Shown here piece by piece: positions 61,538 to 64,000 of a stretch of DNA of 64,000 bases; within the stretch, counting starts at the first letter, position 1; each line of letters starts with the position of its first letter. Source of the stretch: Conger conger (taxonomy: Eukaryota); the NCBI RefSeq assembly GCF_963514075.1, contig NC_083776.1, positions 18,886,415 to 18,950,414 on the forward strand, given 5' to 3'. The translations under genes and the position numbers were made by a program. The notes beneath the pieces were generated by a model that worked only from the letters and a program-made list of their open reading frames with translations, was not told the origin of the DNA and ran no database searches.

Positions 61538-62065
61538 GTACGTCTCACACACCAGTGTGTCTCTGCCCAGAGAACATGTCACACGGTACATCTCACACGT
61601 CTGTGTGTCTCTGGGTCCAGAGAACATGTCATACGGTGCGTCTCACACACCTGTGTGTCCCTGCCCAGAGAACATGTCACACGGTACATCTCACACGTCT
61701 GTGTCTGTCTCTGCCCAGAGAACATGTCATACGTTACATCTCACACACCAGTGTGTCTCTGCCCAGAGAACATGTCACACGGTACATCTCACACGTCTAT
61801 GTCTGTCTCTACCCAGAGAACATGTCACACGGTACATCTCACACGTCTGTGTCTGTCTCTACCCAGAGAACATGTCATACGTTACATCTCACACACCAGT
61901 GTGTCTCTGCCCAGAGAACATGTCATACAGTACGTCTCAAACGTCTGTGTGTCTCTGCCCAGAGAACATGTCATACGGTACGTCTCACACGTCTGTGTGT
62001 CTCTGCCCAGAGAACATGTCATACGGTACATCTCACACGTCTGTGTGTCTCTGCCCAGAGAACAT
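61520..62065 (+). repeat. Minisatellite of ~11 units of 48-50 bp (cagAGAACATGTCMYACGgtacRtctcacacRYCWGTGTGTCTCTGCC). It starts inside the last 17 nt of exon 10, so every unit repeats the exon end plus the G|gtac donor and is preceded by cccag.
   Basis: Direct reading. Because the period is a multiple of 3, the ORF track shows long open frames across the array in three frames (61102..62163, 61461..62180, 61655..62125). Confidence 0.9.
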
Positions 62066-62480
62066 GTCCAAAATCTCCCATGGCATTTTATATGGGGGCG
62101 TGTGCCACTTGCTTTGTATTTATAAGGAATGCAATATGCACGGCTATGTGGTTTCCACAATAGCGCCAGTTAGCTACTGATACGTCTTCCTGTTGCATTT
62201 TTGTATTGAATAAAAATGGATACTTGACTCCTGGACAAGGCTGTCTGCTATCTTGGCAAACACTAGTTCAGTTTTATCAGCCCCCACCATAGTCTGTCAT
62301 TTTTAAAGTAGCACTTTTGTCAGTTTAGGTGTATTTTATAGGTATATTGACTAATTGCCATCACAGTCAGATTACAATTTGATAGTGGCATCTTAACATT
62401 TGAAGAGGGTGGACCCCATACCATCGTTTATATCATTACTATGATTTACTCCCATTTCAAACCCTGTTCTCCTTTTTCAG

Positions 62481-62515
62481 GGCCTGGAGGACAGCCACAG
62501 GGAACCAAGGCAACG
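62481..62515 (+). CDS. zmym2: zmym2 coding exon 11, a 35 nt small exon (-PGGQPQGTKAT).
   Basis: Acceptor ttctcctttttcag| and donor GCAACG|gtaagtg. Phase (+2 in, 0 out) links exon 10 to exon 12. There is no direct homology memory. Confidence 0.55.
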
Positions 62516-62519
62516 GTAA

Positions 62520-63270
62520 GTGATAAGGGCTCTGCTCTCCTTCAGGGAGGTGTTACGATGTCTCTGGAGTTATAATATCTCTGGAGTTATAATCTCTCTG
62601 TGGGATTGTAATATGACCACTGTGGGATTATAATCTCTCTGTGGGGTTACAATCTCTCTGTAGGTTTATATAATGTCTCTGTGGGGATATAATCTCTCTG
62701 TAGGGTTATAATCTCTCTGTGGGGTTATAATATAGCCTATTTATGGGTTTACAATCTGGCCTCTCTGTGGATTTATAATCTTGCGTCTCTGTGGGATTGT
62801 AATATGACCACTGTGGGATTATAATTTCTCTGTAGGGTTATAATCTCTCTGCGGAGTTATAATCTCTGTGGGATCATAATCTCTCTGTAGGGTCATATAA
62901 TCTCTCTGTGGCATTATAATCTCTCTGTAGGGTTATTTAATCTCTCTGTAGGGTTATTCTCTCTGTAGGGTTATATAATGTCTCTGAGGGGTTATAATCT
63001 TTCTGTAGGGTTGTATAATGTCTCTGTGGCGTTATCATCGCTCTGTGGTCTTATAATCACTCTGTGGGGTTATAATCTCTCTGTGGCGTTATAATCGCAA
63101 TGTGGGGTTATAATCTCTCTGTGGGATTATAATCTCTCTGTGGGGTTATAATCTGACCTCTCTGTGGGGCTATAATCTCTGTGGGGTGGGGTTATAATCG
63201 CTCTGTGGGGTTATAATCTGACCTCTCTGTGGGGTGGGGTTATAATCTCTCTGTTCACTGGGATGGGTTT
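62520..63270. repeat. Minisatellite of a ~20 bp unit (GGGTTATAATCTCTCTGTGG and variants), ~35 copies, filling zmym2 intron 11.
   Basis: Direct reading. Confidence 0.95.
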
Positions 63271-63282
63271 CTCTCCCTGCAG

Positions 63283-63427
63283 GTGTATAATCAGACCTCT
63301 GTGCCTGCCTTCGCTGGGGGAGGAATGCTGAAGGACGTTAAAAACAAGGCTGTGCTCTGCAAGCCCCTCACGCTGACCAAGGCTACCTACTGCAAACCCC
63401 ACATGCAGAGCAAGCACTGCCAAACAG
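63283..63427 (+). CDS. zmym2: zmym2 coding exon 12 (VYNQTSVPAFAGGGMLKDVKNKAVLCKPLTLTKATYCKPHMQSKHCQT-).
   Basis: Anchored to ORF 63229..63543. Acceptor ctctccctgcag| and donor AAACAG|gtacaaatg. 145 nt. Matches human EMKNKAVLCKPLTMTKATYCKPHMQTKSCQT. Confidence 0.9.
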
Positions 63428-63439
63428 GTACAAATGCAC

Positions 63440-63600
63440 ACACACTGCCAGAGAGATGCACACAATGTCAAACAGGTATGGATACACACACACACACACA
63501 CACATACAGGCATGGACACACACACTGCCAGACAGACAGGTAAAGACAGGTACACATACATACTCACACTCACCCTATGACAGACAGGTACAGCATATGT
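63440..63600. repeat. (CA)n / CAGA-rich microsatellite in zmym2 intron 12.
   Basis: Direct reading. Confidence 0.9.
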
Positions 63601-63776
63601 ATAGGCCTGCTGACATATGGGTAAACGTTGTACAAACGTGGTTTGGAGATCTGTTAATTTGCCTTCCTTCTTAAGGATTTTTGCCCTCATATCTATGGCC
63701 CTGAATGTTGCGCCACACTGGTGCCCTGAATACGCCGTCCCTGTCTTGACCTCTGACCCCGTCTATGTGCTTCTAG

Positions 63777-63892
63777 AGGAAGAGGTGCAAAAGGAGTACA
63801 TCCCGGTCCCGGTCCCTGTCCCCGTCTTCATCCCTGTGCCAATGAACATGTACGCACAGGCCACGCCAACACCTGTCACCCTACCTGTCCCG
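63777..63892 (+). CDS. zmym2: zmym2 coding exon 13 (-EEEVQKEYIPVPVPVPVFIPVPMNMYAQATPTPVTLPVP), the Pro/Val-rich region. The gene continues beyond the window.
   Basis: Acceptor tgcttctag| and donor GTCCCG|gtaagaat. 116 nt, phases consistent. Resembles the human ZMYM2 P/V-rich segment (...IVPVPVPIPVFVPVPMHMYSQ...). Confidence 0.75.
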
Positions 63893-64000
63893 GTAAGAAT
63901 GCCCGTCTTTCAGTCATACACAACGGCCAGACCACATACTGTATATCACTCTACCTGCTTAAAAGTAAATCACTTTTCATTAAAAATGGGTAGGAGATGC

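Larger units (their letters stand above)
50480..64000 (+). other. zmym2: Gene model for zmym2 (zinc finger MYM-type containing 2), 5' part, with an ATG at 53692 and 13 coding exons in the window. Join: 53692-54487, 55028-55313, 56546-56708, 56819-57025, 58026-58194, 59131-59246, 59673-59804, 60214-60364, 60800-60972, 61372-61537, 62481-62515, 63283-63427, 63777-63892, and onward.
   Basis: All intron phases close. Several tandem MYM-type Cys-rich zinc fingers, one per exon, are colinear with recalled human ZMYM2. Adjacency to pspc1 is as in human 13q12.11. Confidence 0.85.

Noticed and set aside
61049-62180. Very long ORFs (353, 239, 178 and 252 aa) rich in CV or HT repeats, on both strands.
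   Set aside because: They are read-through of the (GT)n and (GTGC)n microsatellite and of the 48 bp minisatellite. Only 61372-61537 matches ZMYM2.
1-64000. Prokaryotic-style systems such as CRISPR arrays, operons, defence islands, or rRNA and tRNA genes.
   Set aside because: Genes are spliced with GT/AG introns. The repeats are vertebrate SINE, Tc1, MITE and micro- or minisatellite types, and the tRNA-like sequences are SINE heads. No CRISPR-like spacer/repeat architecture or standalone tRNA was seen.

Overview
This window is vertebrate (teleost-type) nuclear DNA, not a prokaryotic or mobile-defence locus. It holds three spliced protein-coding genes in an arrangement that matches the human 13q12.11 neighbourhood MPHOSPH8 -> <- PSPC1 / ZMYM2.

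(1) Plus strand, 683-4516: the 3' part of an ankyrin-repeat gene, nine exons with clean GT/AG borders. The call as mphosph8-like rests only on the repeat content and on synteny.

(2) Minus strand: a complete eight-exon DBHS-family gene that matches PSPC1 closely (NOPS and coiled-coil segments are almost identical). The coding sequence runs from ATG 49092 to stop 17602 and encodes about 508 aa. It ends in an expanded polyQ/polyP tract encoded by a (CAG)n repeat.

(3) Plus strand: ZMYM2 (MYM-type zinc-finger protein). The first coding exon carries the ATG at 53692, and 13 coding exons lie inside the window before the gene continues past 64000. It is head-to-head with pspc1 across a CpG-containing bidirectional promoter near 50500-50650, which carries a perfect NRF1 palindrome GCGCATGCGC.

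The introns and intergenic DNA are full of repeats: a TA-flanked Tc1-like transposon about 1.58 kb long with a frameshifted transposase in a pspc1 intron, two other Tc1/mariner remnants, several copies of a tRNA-derived SINE and a second tRNA-tail SINE, a MITE family with CCCTTTCAGTCC termini, many CA/GT microsatellites, and large minisatellites including a roughly 1.9 kb array of a ~30 bp unit 35 bp from a pspc1 splice donor.

The most unusual structure is in zmym2. Three separate introns open with tandem arrays that duplicate the 3' end of the upstream exon together with its GT donor site. The periods are 48, 51 and about 48 bp, all multiples of three, so reading frames stay open. This is a candidate source of alternative 5' splice sites and in-frame insertions.

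The DBHS-ZMYM adjacency also recurs for all three human paralogue pairs. Because this is not a microbial locus, the system reported here is that conserved gene pair and the exon-end/splice-donor repeat arrays. The line-based exon borders (no ORF check) may be off by 1-2 nt; the ORF-anchored ones were verified by frame and phase arithmetic.
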